DNA of 64,000 nt from the NCBI GenBank assembly GCA_951406725.2, contig OX597818.1, forward strand, positions 46,004,001 through 46,068,000. The letters are read 5' to 3'. Positions 38,085-50,818 of this stretch are shown here, in pieces. The notes under the pieces were generated by a model. That model was not told where the DNA came from. It did no database searches and saw only the letters and a list, made by a program, of their open reading frames with translations. The stretch's first letter is position 1, and each line of letters begins with the position of its first letter. Position numbers and translations under genes: made by a program. The DNA is from Octopus vulgaris. Taxonomy: Eukaryota.

Positions 38085-39428
38085 GATATAATAGCAATGG
38101 TCTTGTATATAAATTAGTAGCAATGCCTCCAGCTAAACATGTGTAGTCCGTGTGTATGTATGTTCTTGCAGCTTGTCCCTGTGTATCCGTTTTCTTCTTG
38201 TTCTTTTGTTTTGTGTCTCGTCGCGTTCGGTGACGATATTGGTACATTGGTAGCGTTGAGTAATGTCTAACGATAATAATGTGCTGGTAATCCGATTAGT
38301 TTCGATTCGATATATTTATCTTGTTTTACCGCTGTCACCATATTGTGCCAAGCAAGCACTAGAATAACGCAATGTAGAGTGGTTGGTTGTCTAATTCAAC
38401 TGCCGTCTGTGCCAACCACCTAGCTGACCACCTTTTATCCGAGACAGCGTATTTATCAATGTAAAACTACAGTTAGTTTCGTATCATTACAACAATTAGC
38501 ACTATTTGGCAACACTGTGCCTTTAGGGGCAGAAATTATCAATAGTGACGTGATAAGTATTTATTAATAAATTTATATTAGCGCAAATGCGTTATCTTAA
38601 AGATAAACGGTGATGTGATACTTATTCAAAATATCTTTATTTGATATGGTTGTGTGTGAATCGATGAGTTTTTTCTGCTATTTCCAACATTTGAAACGAC
38701 CATTTAGAGATTCAGGTTCATAAAGTGAACTAGAAGATGTTGGCAGTCACGTAGTAGAAAAATTAATAAACTAAACGGTTTGAAAATAAATTTTGATAAT
38801 TCCTAAGCGATACCCATTTATACAATGAGCAAGTGATCAAAATAAAATGTTTCAATAAAACTTGCTAATGAATCAATATTTTTCAAATTAGGGGAGAGAA
38901 ATAAAATATAGAAATAAAGCTTTATGTAAATTGAGAAAAGTTGAAATACGAGCTCGCAAAACCGATTTAACAAAAGCATGCTTCTACAGCTTAAACATAA
39001 AAAAATAGTACTGTAATAATCTCAAATTCACAGCAAGCTATCAAAGCAGTTTCTTTTTTCCTTTCCTTTCTTTTTTTTTGCTTTCTTTTTTTCATTTTTT
39101 CCTTTTCATTTGCAAAATAACGAAATTTGAACTACAGTTAAGCAGCATTTGTAGCTAGTCACATAAATACTTGTGGCGTCGATCATTTAGGTGAACTTAA
39201 TAAAAACGATTTTTTCATCATTTATTGCAGCTGATTTGAAACTGCACAGAACAAATTGCACGTCACTTATAAAAGATGTTCCTACTCCATTTTGACTACG
39301 AGAAACAAAAAACGTAAACAACAACAGTGTGGAAATACATAATACAATAAAATACGTAAACAACAAAACTATATGAAAATTTATAACAATAAAGAATCTG
39401 ATAGCAAAACTTGATCATCCACTTCACC

Positions 39429-39429
<1 letters not shown>

Positions 39430-39486
<57 letters not shown>
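39430..39486. repeat. (GA)n microsatellite
   Basis: Direct reading. Confidence 0.95.
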
Positions 39487-39489
<3 letters not shown>

Positions 39490-39689
39490 CCAAAAAGAAG
39501 CCGTTTGCTGTGCAGCATTAGAATAAATCTTTCATGTTTCTCAACAAAACTGTACCCTTTTCTATAGAGGATACGATTTAAATAAAAATGAACTTTTATA
39601 TGGATGTTGCAGTTGAAAAAATTTGAGATGAAAGAGATTGTTCTATGCAGTACTCAGGTGCATTACAACTAAAAGAAAAAGAAAAAAGC

Positions 39690-40450
39690 CATCAGGTTTA
39701 TTGTTGGCGGATTTCAGAAAGCATGGAAGTTTTGAAGGATGTAGTGTCTCGACATCTGACGACTGGTGCGGGCAGGTTTCTCCGTGCTTCAACAATTCTG
39801 AGCGTGAAAAAATGTTTCCGAAAGTCATGGGTGCGGTGTTGTTTTCTTAATTTTGAAAGCATTTCCACGAGTGTTTGTTATATGGAAGTCAAAAAGGTAG
39901 CCATGTTTGTTGTTGGAAAGATGGAGGATAGTCTTGTGGGTGTCTACCAAGTCAGTTGCCAGACGTCTGCTCTTCAATGTGCCCATGCCCAGGGAAACCA
40001 AACGTTCAGAGTATGGTAAATACCTGACGGCGAGTATTCGTTTTGTTGCACGTTTCTGAACAGTTTCCTGGAGATTAATATGCTGAGCGTGATTGGGGCT
40101 CCAGACTGGTGATGCAAATTCTAAGTGTGGACATACCATTGTCATATACAGTTTTAAATAGATAGATGAAGAATGGTTGACAAAGGTTTTACCGAGTGAT
40201 GCTAAGACACTCTCAGCCTTCTTCACAATCTTAGAGATGTGGTTTGTCCAACGCAGATCGCTGTTTACAATAATACTCAGATTACGTTCACTAGCAGACT
40301 TCCCGAGATTAGTGTTGTTGAGTGAGTATGTAAAGGCTGGGTTTTTCATCCTAAAGTGCATGGTGACGCATTTTGTCCATAGCCAGCTTTGAGTTGCCCG
40401 TCAGAAATCCATTGGCATTCATCGAAGCAGATCCACATTTTTCCTGGACC
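39690..40450 (-). mobile_element. CR1/L2-type LINE, 3' fragment of ORF2
   Basis: SERNLSIIVNSDLRW..HI, LYMTMVCPHLEFASPVWSP, VQKRATKRI, LPYSERL, RRL..DL and RKHFFTLRIV motifs. Confidence 0.88.
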
Positions 40451-40589
40451 CTACTTACTATTTGTTCTTGTTGATATTTTTTTTTCATTCTCTATTATCA
40501 ACAAGAAATTCGAAGGTATTATTTTAGAATTTACGGAGTTTACTTTTATTAGACAATACTTTCATTATCTTCGATAATGAAAGTAATAG

Positions 40590-42472
40590 ACATTCAACAT
40601 CCAAGTACCAATCTCAAAATCCTAGCTGACACCAGCAGAGCAGTTTTTTGCACTTGCTCTGACCTCATGTCAATTCCGATTTCTTTGACATATTTCTCGA
40701 ACTTGGTTGTTAGTGCTTCGAGTGCCCCTGAAACTACTGGAATGACAGACACTCTCCTCATAGTCCACATTCTTACAGTTTCGTCTTTTAGTATTCTGTA
40801 TTTTACAATCTTTTCTAGTTCTTTGTCACTTATGTGTGCATCTCCAGGTGTTGCAATATCTATGATCTTGATTTCCATTTTTCCTTTATTTTTCACAACA
40901 GTATCTGGTCTTCGAGTCTCGATTAGGAAGTCACATTGGATTGTAAAATCTCACAGTATCTTATGTTCTTTGTTCTCGATGACTCCTTCTGGTTCATGTT
41001 CATACCATTTCCGAGCTCTCTTCAGGCAGTATTTTTCACATAGCCTCCAGTGGACGAACTTAACCACGTTATCGTGCCTCCTTTTGTAGAGGCTCTTGGA
41101 CCAGCTTGCTACACTCACTCACAATATGTGAGATTGTTCGTTTCTGCTGCCACATATCCTACAAGGGGTGATTCGCTATTCTTATCTATTTGGAACTTGG
41201 TGTAATTAGTTCTCAGAGCTTGTTCCTAGGAGCTGCATATCAATGCCTCAGTGCCTCCTTTCAGATCACTTTTTCTTAGCCATCTCTATCTTGTCTTTTC
41301 TTTCGATTTCTCTGAGATATTGCCCGTGCAGTGGCTTCATTTTCCATTTGTTTACTCTTTCTTCTTCATCTTGTTCTTAAACGTTTGTGGGTACATCACA
41401 TATTGTATTGTTAGTTTTAACAGGGGCGAGCAAGGATTCATTCTGCTGTTTGATGTTCCATCCCAGATTGTTCTTCTCGTTGACAACACAGATCTTGCAT
41501 CATAGGAGACCTCATCCTCCCCTGTTTCTGGGCACATACAGTCTGTCAGTATCGCTTTTGGGGTGTAGTTCCTTGTTAATTGTCATCACTTTTCTAGTTT
41601 TCCTGTCCATTTCCTCAAGCTTGTTCTTTGTCCACCTAACAACACCTGCGCCGTATCGCATTAAGGAAACAGCCCATGTGTTCATTACTCTGATATGGTT
41701 CCTTCCATTGAGTCTACTTCTCATAATTAACTTGGTTCTGCTGAGATATTCTCGCCTAAAGCTTTCCTTCATCTCACTTTCCTTGATTTTGTCGTATTCT
41801 AAACCCCCCGCCCCAATATTTATATCCATTAGTGTCAATATCCTTTATTTTCTCGCCGTTAGGTAGCTCTACACCATTACACGACACTACTTTGCCTCTT
41901 TGTATTATAAGCATATTACACTTTTTAGTCCCAAATTCCATTCCGATATCCTTACTGAATATCGGCACTGTTAAAATTAGGCCGTTTATTTCATGTTCGG
42001 TCTTTCCAAAGATCTTCAAGTCATCTATATATAACAGATGATTAAATTTTCCTCCACTTTTCAAGGTGTACCTCGATGTCACTTTCCGTAGTATCTGTGG
42101 GAGGGGTATCATACAAATCACAAACATCAATGGTGATAGGCTATCTCCTTGAAATATACCTCTCTTGATGTTAACCATCGCCAAAAATTTTCCACATGAA
42201 GTTAACTCTGTATTCCAGTTTTTCATTGATCTCTTAATAAAATTTGATATGTTATCAGACGCCTGTACCAGCTCAAGACATCCAGGCATGGGGAACCATG
42301 TCATATGCTTTCTTATAATCGATCCACGTCATGCCCAAATTAGTAAGTCTTTTCTTGCAGCCGTTCAGTACCATGCTGTCTATCAGAAGTTGTCTTTTGT
42401 CCAAGTAATACACACAATTAGATATTATTCCTGTCATCAGCTCATCAGCTTCCATATCAGGGGCAGACAGGT
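40590..42472 (-). mobile_element. 5'-truncated R4/Dong-clade non-LTR retrotransposon (RT plus restriction-like endonuclease)
   Basis: ITCLPLIWKL, WIDYKKAYDMVPH, RGIFQGDSLSPL, HLLYIDDLK, DIGMEFG..KC, LHPKSDTDRLYVPR..GG, and endonuclease IIDIATPGD..KELEKIVKY..VIPVV; multiple frameshifts. Confidence 0.9.
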
Positions 42473-42487
42473 GATTATTATTATTAC

Positions 42488-42547
<60 letters not shown>

Positions 42548-42561
42548 CATTATTATTATTA
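42473..42561. repeat. (TTA)n/(TAA)n microsatellite
   Basis: Direct reading; abuts the R4/Dong fragment. Confidence 0.95.
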
Positions 42562-43390
42562 AGGCGGAGGGCTTGCAGAATCGTTAGTGCGCCGAGCAAA
42601 ATGCTTAGCGGTATTTCGTCTACCGCGAGCTGGTAGAAACGTTAGCGCGCCAGAAACGTCTGCCGCTTTGTTCTGGGTTCAAATTCTGCCGAGGTCGACT
42701 TTGCCTTTCATCCTTTCGGGGTCGATTAAATTTACGCATTGGGGTCGATATAATCGACTTAATCCGTTTGTCTGTCCTTGTTTGTCCCCTCTGTGTGTAG
42801 CTCCTTGTGGGCAGTAAAGAAATTGGTATTTCGTCTACCGCTACGTTCTGAGTTCAAATTCCGCCGAGGTCGACTTTGCCTTTCATCCTTTCGGGGTCGA
42901 TTAAATAAGTACCAGTTACGCACTGGTGTCGATATAATCGACTTAATCCGTTTGTCTGTCTTTGTTTGTCTTCTCTGTGTTTAGCCCCTTGTGGGTAGTA
43001 AAGAAATAGGTATTTCGTCCGTCTTTCCGTTCTGGGCTCAAATACCACCGAAGCCGACTTTGCCTTTCATCCTTCCGGAGTCTTGGGGTCGATGTAATCG
43101 ATTAGCCCCACCCCACCCCCACCAAATTTCAGGCCTTATGCCTTTAGTAGAAAGGATTATTGTTATTATTAAGGCAGCGTCAAGGCAGTGAGCTGGCAGA
43201 ATCGTTAGCACCACGGCGCATTTGACCGTCTTTACGTTCAGAGTTCAAATCCCGCCGAGGTCGATTTTGTCTTTCATCCTTTCGGGGTCGATAAAATAAG
43301 TACTAGTTGAGTACTAGGGTTGATGCAATCGACTATCCCCTTCATCTAATATTTGAGACCTTGTGCCTCTAGTAGAAAGGATTATCGTTA
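42562..43390 (+). mobile_element. Cluster of about 4 tandem SINE family B copies
   Basis: Repeated gaggtcgactttgcctttcatcctttcggggtcga cores. Confidence 0.85.
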
Positions 43391-44034
43391 TTACAAACTA
43401 CCTAGTCTTTCTTTTTGCACTTTATCCGTTCTTTCACCGAGGTGTACTAATCTGTCTTAACATATAAGTAAAAAAAAAACTAAAAAAAAAAAAATGCGAT
43501 TATTTAGAACTGTGTTCAATTAATGTATTAGTTAATCCCAAGATCCACTTAATTCTCAAATTGATTCATTACCAGACCAAATGTTATAGAAACCTTTTAA
43601 TGCTTTGAGTAACGGCAGTATTGATCCAGTAAAATCCAATAATGGTTTTCATATGAAGATTTTTCATTTTTTTCCCTTTTTTTTTTTTTTCCTTAAGTGT
43701 TAATCTATTTATTTGGATATTTCCTGTCCGGTACCAATCGTTAAATCATTCTGAACAGATTGCTGACTTACTAACCTTTCTCAGATCACCTTATCTATTG
43801 ATCTATATGACGACAGCAGTAGTGAACTTTCCATAACTTAAAAGCAAAAATAATTCCTTGTTCTTTCTCACCGCCATCATCAAAACCACAACCCAAAAAC
43901 CGCCCACCACTACCACCCACTACAAAAGCCACCTGCCACCATCACCACCACTTACACCACCATCACCACCATCTTTAATCTTCATTCGTTGTTCAAAATA
44001 AAGAAATCGTCATCATCATCTTTGTTGCAAAAAA

Positions 44035-44061
44035 GTAGTAGTAGTGGTGGTGGTGACGGTG

Positions 44062-44140
<79 letters not shown>

Positions 44141-44143
44141 CGC

Positions 44144-44194
<51 letters not shown>

Positions 44195-44202
44195 CGCTGG
44201 TG

Positions 44203-44243
<41 letters not shown>
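44035..44243. repeat. Compound (AGT)n/(GGT)n trinucleotide repeat
   Basis: Direct reading; source of the poly-S/V/L/Y ORFs. Confidence 0.95.
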
Positions 44244-44244
<1 letters not shown>

Positions 44245-46342
44245 ACCCTTTCTTAATGTGGGTTGCACAAATCATTGGGTTGGGTGTTGGGGGAGAGAGG
44301 TTGGGGAGTGGTTCGGTTGCGCTGCAGGTCAACAGACATCAGATCACTAATATATGGTTATTGCTGTCAATAGGAAGCAGGAAACACAACTGAATCAACA
44401 CAGAGCAGGGACAAAATTGTTCAGAATCAACTTAGATACAAGTTCACCTGCAAGCCTGCAAACACTATCTTAAAGCAAGCAATCGAGATCAATGACTAAT
44501 CTTTATGCTTGTTGGCCGTTGGCTTCGCTCTTGTGACTCAAGATGTCGTCTGAACTAACATTGCTGTGTAGCATTCTCGCCGTTTGTTTGTGACTGCGGC
44601 GACATTTGACAGATCGCTTGTCAGGTTAAATCTGAATGAATATAATAAAGATAATTATTTTATTTTTATTTTTAAGGGCTGTAAAGAGAGAGAAAAAAAA
44701 AACGCGATGTTTATTCTGGTGGTATTTAATATAAATAGCTTTCCTTCGATGTGTTTTGTTGCATTGATCAAGCGAGAAAGAAAGTTGTGCCTTCCTGCAG
44801 TTTCAATGGGTATGTAAGAACTTTCTTAAACAATTTTTCGTTTTTAGTTAGTTAAAATGTGAGATATTATGTCGAAACTATTTCGTTTTTGGATTTGGTT
44901 TGCATGATTCTTTATATGAGTTCGTGTGTTGAAGCATATTCTATTGTGTCTGAGGAGAGTCATTTTCTTTTTGTGCCTTATTATGTAACACACTCACCGG
45001 TAAAATTTCCACGTTTTTCTTATTTTCCTAAAATTTTCGTTGCGTCTTGCAACCTTTTCAATAGACTTTTGCAAAAAGAATAGTTGATAGGAAGTTTTGT
45101 TGAATCGTGTAGTAGATGCATTTTCTTGTTTACCAGGCTTGTATTTTCAGAGACACACACACATACACAAGGCGTATATTTTAGGTGTACTTGGTGAGCA
45201 CCGCAGACCCTCACCCCCGGAGATTGTCAATATTACTTTTGTATTTTCGTTTTTGATCTATCTTTATATGACGGTGCTTCGGAATACCTCACGGGGAAGG
45301 AAAAGTACAAGGAATTGGGGTTCAAAATAGAAAAGAAAAAAGAAAAAAAAACTGAAATTCAAGGAAAAAATATTCTTTCAAAATCTTAATTTCTATTGTA
45401 CGAATGACGGGAATGCTAAGAAGAAAAAAGAAGAGAAAAAAACTTCTCAATTCTTTCTATGTCTTTTCCCTTCCACAACGAATTAGCGATAGCTTCTCCG
45501 AAACTCCGTTCATTACATAACCTAGTAGTCAGTTGTTTTCAATTCTAATCATACGCAGACGAATTTTTTTACTTATAGTGTGGTTGAAGTATAGAAACAG
45601 TCCAAAGGCACAGGTAACCGTTTTTTTTTTCCCCAGAAGCGAGTCGCAATGAGATATAACTCATTGTCAAGCGGACCGCACTACTAAAAAATTCAAGGTA
45701 ATTTTTCTCCAGGTATAACATTCAGAAAGTCTCGCGGGCTGCAGTTTACCCATGACAGGTTTATACTTATGTTAGAATAGTAGACGGAGTATGATAGTGC
45801 ATTCCATGGCAATAATCACCATACACGACTGAACATGCATATACTCATACATGCAAATACTTCTATTATAGGTATTCCTTCTAATTTTGGCACGACAACA
45901 GCATTGAGTGGGTTGGGGGATTGGTACATTATTTTATAAGCGCCGGAAAGGATGGAATGTAAAACTGACATCGACGAAATTTGAGCACAGAACTTAAAGA
46001 ACCGGAAGAGATACCGCTAAGCATTTTGTCCAACGCGCAAACAATTCGGTCAGTTCGCCGCCATATAGCCATTATATATGCTAGTATAGGTTCCCCACCT
46101 GGACGTACGCCGGTCTGTTGCAGGTGAGCTGCTAAATGCAGGAGGATAGAGTGAGACAAAGTTGTGGCGAAAGAGTCAGCAGAAGTTCGCCATTACCTTC
46201 TGCCGGAGCCGCGTGGAGCTTAGGTGTTTCGCTCATAAACACATACATCGTCCGGTCTGAGATGCGAACCCGCGATCCCTCGACCGCGAGTCCGCTGCTC
46301 TAGCCAGTAGGCCATATGCCTCCACACACATACGCACACGCG

Positions 46343-46400
<58 letters not shown>

Positions 46401-47414
46401 AATGTAGTTGTGTAAAACCGGAACAATGCGAGAAGAAACCAGAGTAAACTACAAAATGAAAAGAAAACACAAAGTTGCAGTTTTGGAAAAAGTTTGTTGC
46501 CCAGGTGAGCAGGAAACTTTTTCCAACCACCGCTTTTCCGAATGTCCGGAAGAAGAGGTCTTCACCCCGAAATATAGAAATACAAGGTAAAAATTGCAAC
46601 TTTGTTCTGTTTTCTTTACATTTTGTTGTTAACTTTGTAACTTCTGGCATTGTTCCCGCTTTACACAATTACATTCATTAAAGAAGTTATACCTTACAAT
46701 GCTTCACAAAAAATACCTCATTATACACACACACACACACACACACATACACATATACATATATATACTATCCAAAATGTGCAGTATCATTGACAGATGT
46801 ACGAGTGCATCTTTTCCCTGACTTATGGACTCTAAGACGTCTCATATATATATATATATATATATGTAAACAGTAAAAAATAAATACAGACATGGACAAG
46901 AACATGAAACACCAAAGAGACGACACGAGAACCACATGCATATATATATGGGCGGGGGGGGGGGTACATGACATATACGTGTATAAAACATTTTTTCGGT
47001 TTCCGATCTCAGACTGAAAGTGGAAAATTATCGTATGCAGTTGGTTTTGATAGATTACAAAAAGGACTTTTTCCCGTATCTTTAAATGTAGAATCCCCTC
47101 CACATACACACACGCAATCGAAAAAGTTTAAAAAACAAACAAACAAAAAGATAGGTAGGTAATGTTAATTAAAAACTTGAAAAGTTGATTTATTTTTATT
47201 ATTTTTTTTCCCTGCCAAGTTGTAGTCTACGTCGATGAAAACATAGGGATCCGAAGAAATATTTGCTAATTCGAAAAAAAACAAACAAAAAAAACAAACG
47301 GAACAAAGAAAAATTGGGGTACCCATTGGACATGTCCACCTGGGCATTGCCAAATAGTGTCACTCTATTAACTTTCAGTATGTGATCACTAACCAAAAGA
47401 ATGCCCGTATAATA

Positions 47415-47466
<52 letters not shown>

Positions 47467-47977
47467 CATACACACATACACTTATAATATCTTTTTTTTA
47501 CAACTAATGTACAACGTAATTGTATGAATATTTACGGTCATGTAAGCTGCGAACATTTTTATTGTATAACAATTACAACCTATTACAAACACTTTTTTTT
47601 ACAATTCTGCGACAAGTAATCAATTCCTGTTTCACGCGCGAGCGCATGTGTGTGCGTGTATAACAAGTAAAAGATAAAAGGTATATATATATATATATAT
47701 ATCACCGTGATCACCGTGACCGACCAGGCTATCAGATGTTGCTACACATCACTGGTCACAATGCACTTCGCATTGTTTTAGCCTTCAAACTACGCCATCC
47801 CGCTGGCTAAGCGAGCAGGCCAACAGAAGAAAGAGTGAGAGGAAGTTGTGGCAGGGATCGCCACCATCTCCTGCCGCAGCCTCGTTGAGCTTTAGGTGTT
47901 TTCGTCTGGGAATCGAAACCGCGATCCTACAACCGTGAGTCCGCTGCCCTAACCACTGGGCCATTGCGCCTCCGATC

Positions 47978-48060
<83 letters not shown>

Positions 48061-48312
48061 CGGGCTTCATTCAGTTTCTATCTAGCAAAATACTCTCAAG
48101 GCATTGGTCGGCGTGAGGCTATAGTAGAAGACAGTTACCCTAGGTGCCATGCAGTGAGAATGAACCCGGAACCGTGTGATTGGAAGCAAGCTTCTTACCA
48201 CATCCACGCCTGTACCTGAAACATGTGTAGAGCTATGTAAAGCTATACATATAAAAGAATTAAAGGCAATTCTATGCTACTTCATAATAATCCTTATTAT
48301 TATTATTATTAT

Positions 48313-48389
<77 letters not shown>

Positions 48390-48653
48390 AATAATGAGGG
48401 AGATAAATTAATATTAATTTTAATATCAATTTAAAACCAGTAGTCTAGCATACAAAAAATCTGAGAAATCAGAGAAAATTCTAATATATGTGTATATTGG
48501 CAGGGCAAGACTGCTAGGTAGTCGGCCGTATGCTAGAAATAAATCATCAACGATCAAACTACAAAGAAAGTTCTCTAGAGGAAAAATTCAGCGAACACCA
48601 GAACCAAATTTGGCGGGCAGGACAGATGAACATTTATATAAAAAACAGAATTA

Positions 48654-48730
48654 ATTGCATACCTCGGTTTCGGCCTTTAACAAAAGAATTACTTACATAA
48701 TTCAAATGTCCGTGGCCTCATCAGTACAAT
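48654..48730 (-). ncRNA. Minimal type I hammerhead ribozyme motif (Penelope-associated type)
   Basis: Minus strand: ATTGTA-CTGATGA-GGCC...GGCC-GAAA-CCGAG-GTA-TGCAAT; complete core, 6-bp stem I (one G-U), stem II GGCC/GGCC, very short stem III. Confidence 0.75.
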
Positions 48731-48780
48731 CGTTCAGTGTAAATGCAATCTGAAAACTAACCCCAGCTTATATATATATA

Positions 48781-49041
48781 TACCTCAACATCAACCCAAA
48801 TTCGTCGTCGTCAGTTTCAGATTTGTCAGCGTCAGTCTCGATTACGCCGTGTTCTCTTTCGATTTTGCCATCAGTAATGATGGAGCGATGATATATATAT
48901 ATATATGTATATAATCGATCCATTCGATGGCAAAATCGAGACAATGCGTGATCGAGACTGACGCTGACGAATCTGAGGGTCACTTGACGAATTTGGGTTG
49001 ACTTTGAGGAAATTGAGGTTGATAATGATGAATTTGAGGTA
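48781..49041. repeat. Diverged inverted repeat around a (TA)n centre
   Basis: tcaacccaaattcgtc..tcagat-tgtcagcgtcagtctcgat..tcgattttgccatc is mirrored at about 48913-49001. Confidence 0.75.
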
Positions 49042-49060
49042 GAAATCATTACACACACAC

Positions 49061-49252
49061 ACAGTAATTCCTCGACTATCGCAGATTTTACGTTCCACCT
49101 CCGCGAAGTAGAAACAGTACTGTATGTTTATTATTATTATTTTTATAATTTGCATATATTTACTTTATTATAAATGCAAAGCAACACCATGGAGGAATCG
49201 ACGTAAACTTAAATAATAAACCACGATAGGTGAACCGTGATATGGCGAGGGA

Positions 49253-49257
<5 letters not shown>
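49061..49257 (-). mobile_element. Tigger/pogo-like MITE (inverted copy of 50536-50760)
   Basis: Reverse-complement match to 50536-50760. Confidence 0.7.
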
Positions 49258-49295
<38 letters not shown>

Positions 49296-49574
49296 CATTC
49301 ATATATATACGCATACACACACGTACTTGCGCACACTCACAGATATACATGTATATACATGCACACAGACATATACATGCATGCGTGCATACATACATAC
49401 ATACATACATACATACATACATACATACATACATACATGCATGCGTACATACATACATACATACATACATACATACATACATACATACATACATACATAC
49501 GTACGTACGTACTTCACCCAATCTTCATCGACAAAAGTGAAAATGGGCCGCTAAACTCGAAGATTGCTCTATAG

Positions 49575-50165
49575 GTAATTTTTGTAGCTATTTGTTAGGT
49601 GGAGCTGATGTCTGCAGGGGACTGAGATGCCGTTGTGGTAGGCCCCTCGACCCCGCAGGTCTTCGCGGTCTGTCTTACCACCTAAAGGCTGGTCGCTTCG
49701 CTCGTCACACCGAGCTAAACCTAATCATTAAGTGGGCCTTGGCTTGGATTAATAGCCCCTCAGTTCTGGAGCCGTCGGGGTTATCCAGAAGTGAAAGAAA
49801 GAGACCAGATGGTTTTACCCTCAGTCCCTGGGTTAGAAGTAGGTGCCTTATTTGGGACACCACAGTCTGCAACTCCTTTGCTCCCTCCTACATCCTAGAT
49901 GCTGCAGTTAATGCGAGGGTCACTGCTTCCATAGCCGAACAGAAGAAAACCCTGAAGTATCGCGACCTGACAGTGAACTTTCTCTTCCAACCTGTGGCGT
50001 TTGAGACGTGCAGAGGGATTGGGCTTAATCACGAAGTTATTGTCAACGTTGGCGGCTCGCCTCACTGAGGTGTCAGGTGATACCGGTGAAGGCGCTTGGC
50101 TTTCCCAAAGCTTTAGCCTCGTCATCGTCCGTGATAATGTTGTGAGCGTGCTGGCTTGCTTCAGT
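49575..50165 (+). mobile_element. 3' fragment of a CRE-like non-LTR retrotransposon with a restriction-like endonuclease
   Basis: CRCG..LD..G.RGLS, GRFARH..LN.II, LEP.GLSRS..KRPDG.TL.PW, LIWDTTV, AEQKK..KY and FQPVAFET motifs. Confidence 0.85.
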
Positions 50166-50376
50166 TGGTTCCGTTAAACCTTGTGGTGTGCAACCAGTTG
50201 CTGTCCTCACAAATGGTTTCAATACAATTTTAACAGAAAGATTTGGAAGAATTTGATGAAAGTTATCCGGTAATTTTCTCTCATGTAAGTAAATGTTTAT
50301 GTTAATTTTAAAATTTGCAAGCAAAATCTTATAAACTGACAATGTTCTAACTAAAAGATATACATGTTTATATGTA

Positions 50377-50521
50377 CTAGCATAGCTAGAGTGTGTAGCA
50401 CCCGGGGCGGCCCTTTCGTTTGCTGCTCCCAGACCCCACAAAAAGCACAACAATAGCCTACAACATAATGAAAAGTGCCGCCCGGGGTGGACCGCTCCTA
50501 CTCGCCTCTAGCTACGCTAGT
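50377..50521. mobile_element. Small MITE
   Basis: Inverted ends ACTAGCATAGCTAGAG / CTCTAGCTACGCTAGT and internal inverted cccggggcggc motifs. Confidence 0.6.
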
Positions 50522-50535
50522 GTTAATATGTTATA

Positions 50536-50760
50536 CAGTAAACCCTCACCACATCGCGGTTTACCTATCGCGGTTTATTATTCAAGCTTACGTCGATTCC
50601 TCCGTGGTGTTGATTTGAATTTATAATAAAATAAAGAATACAAATTATAAAAATAATAATAAAATATACAGTACAGTACTGTTTCTACTTCGCGGATCTT
50701 CACCTATCGCGGAGGTGGGGGTGGTGGAATGCAACACCCGCGAAAGTCGATGGATTACTG
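50536..50760 (+). mobile_element. Tigger/pogo-like MITE
   Basis: TA|CAGTAAACCCTC...GGATTACTG|TA with repeated atcgcgg subterminal motifs. Confidence 0.75.
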
Positions 50761-50787
50761 TATATGGAAATAAAAAGTCTGTTTTTC

Positions 50788-50818
<31 letters not shown>

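Larger units (their letters stand above)
36236..38491 (-). mobile_element. Rearranged Ty3/Gypsy element: 5' LTR, PBS, gag and protease (minus) joined to an inverted PPT plus LTR start
   Basis: LTR about 38341-38491; PBS TGGTGACAGCGGT (38328-38340, tRNA-Leu-like); gag from ATG 37780 (MAKSRIPELQW...) with a zinc-knuckle relic (PAYNDSCNKKEHWKKFC); protease LKIDTRAAGKTLP...LMAYNG..IKCLG at about 36490-36310; plus-strand PPT AAAGAAAAGTGGGGA followed by TGTAATGATACG at 36236-36303. Confidence 0.85.

Noticed and set aside
36251-38491. Ginger-like DNA transposon with TGT..ACA TIRs
   Set aside because: No TSD, and the PBS and PPT show that the repeats are LTR ends.
43982-44393. Poly-Ser/Gly, poly-Leu, poly-Tyr and poly-Val ORFs
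   Set aside because: Reading frames of the (AGT)n/(GGT)n repeat; no splice or homology support.
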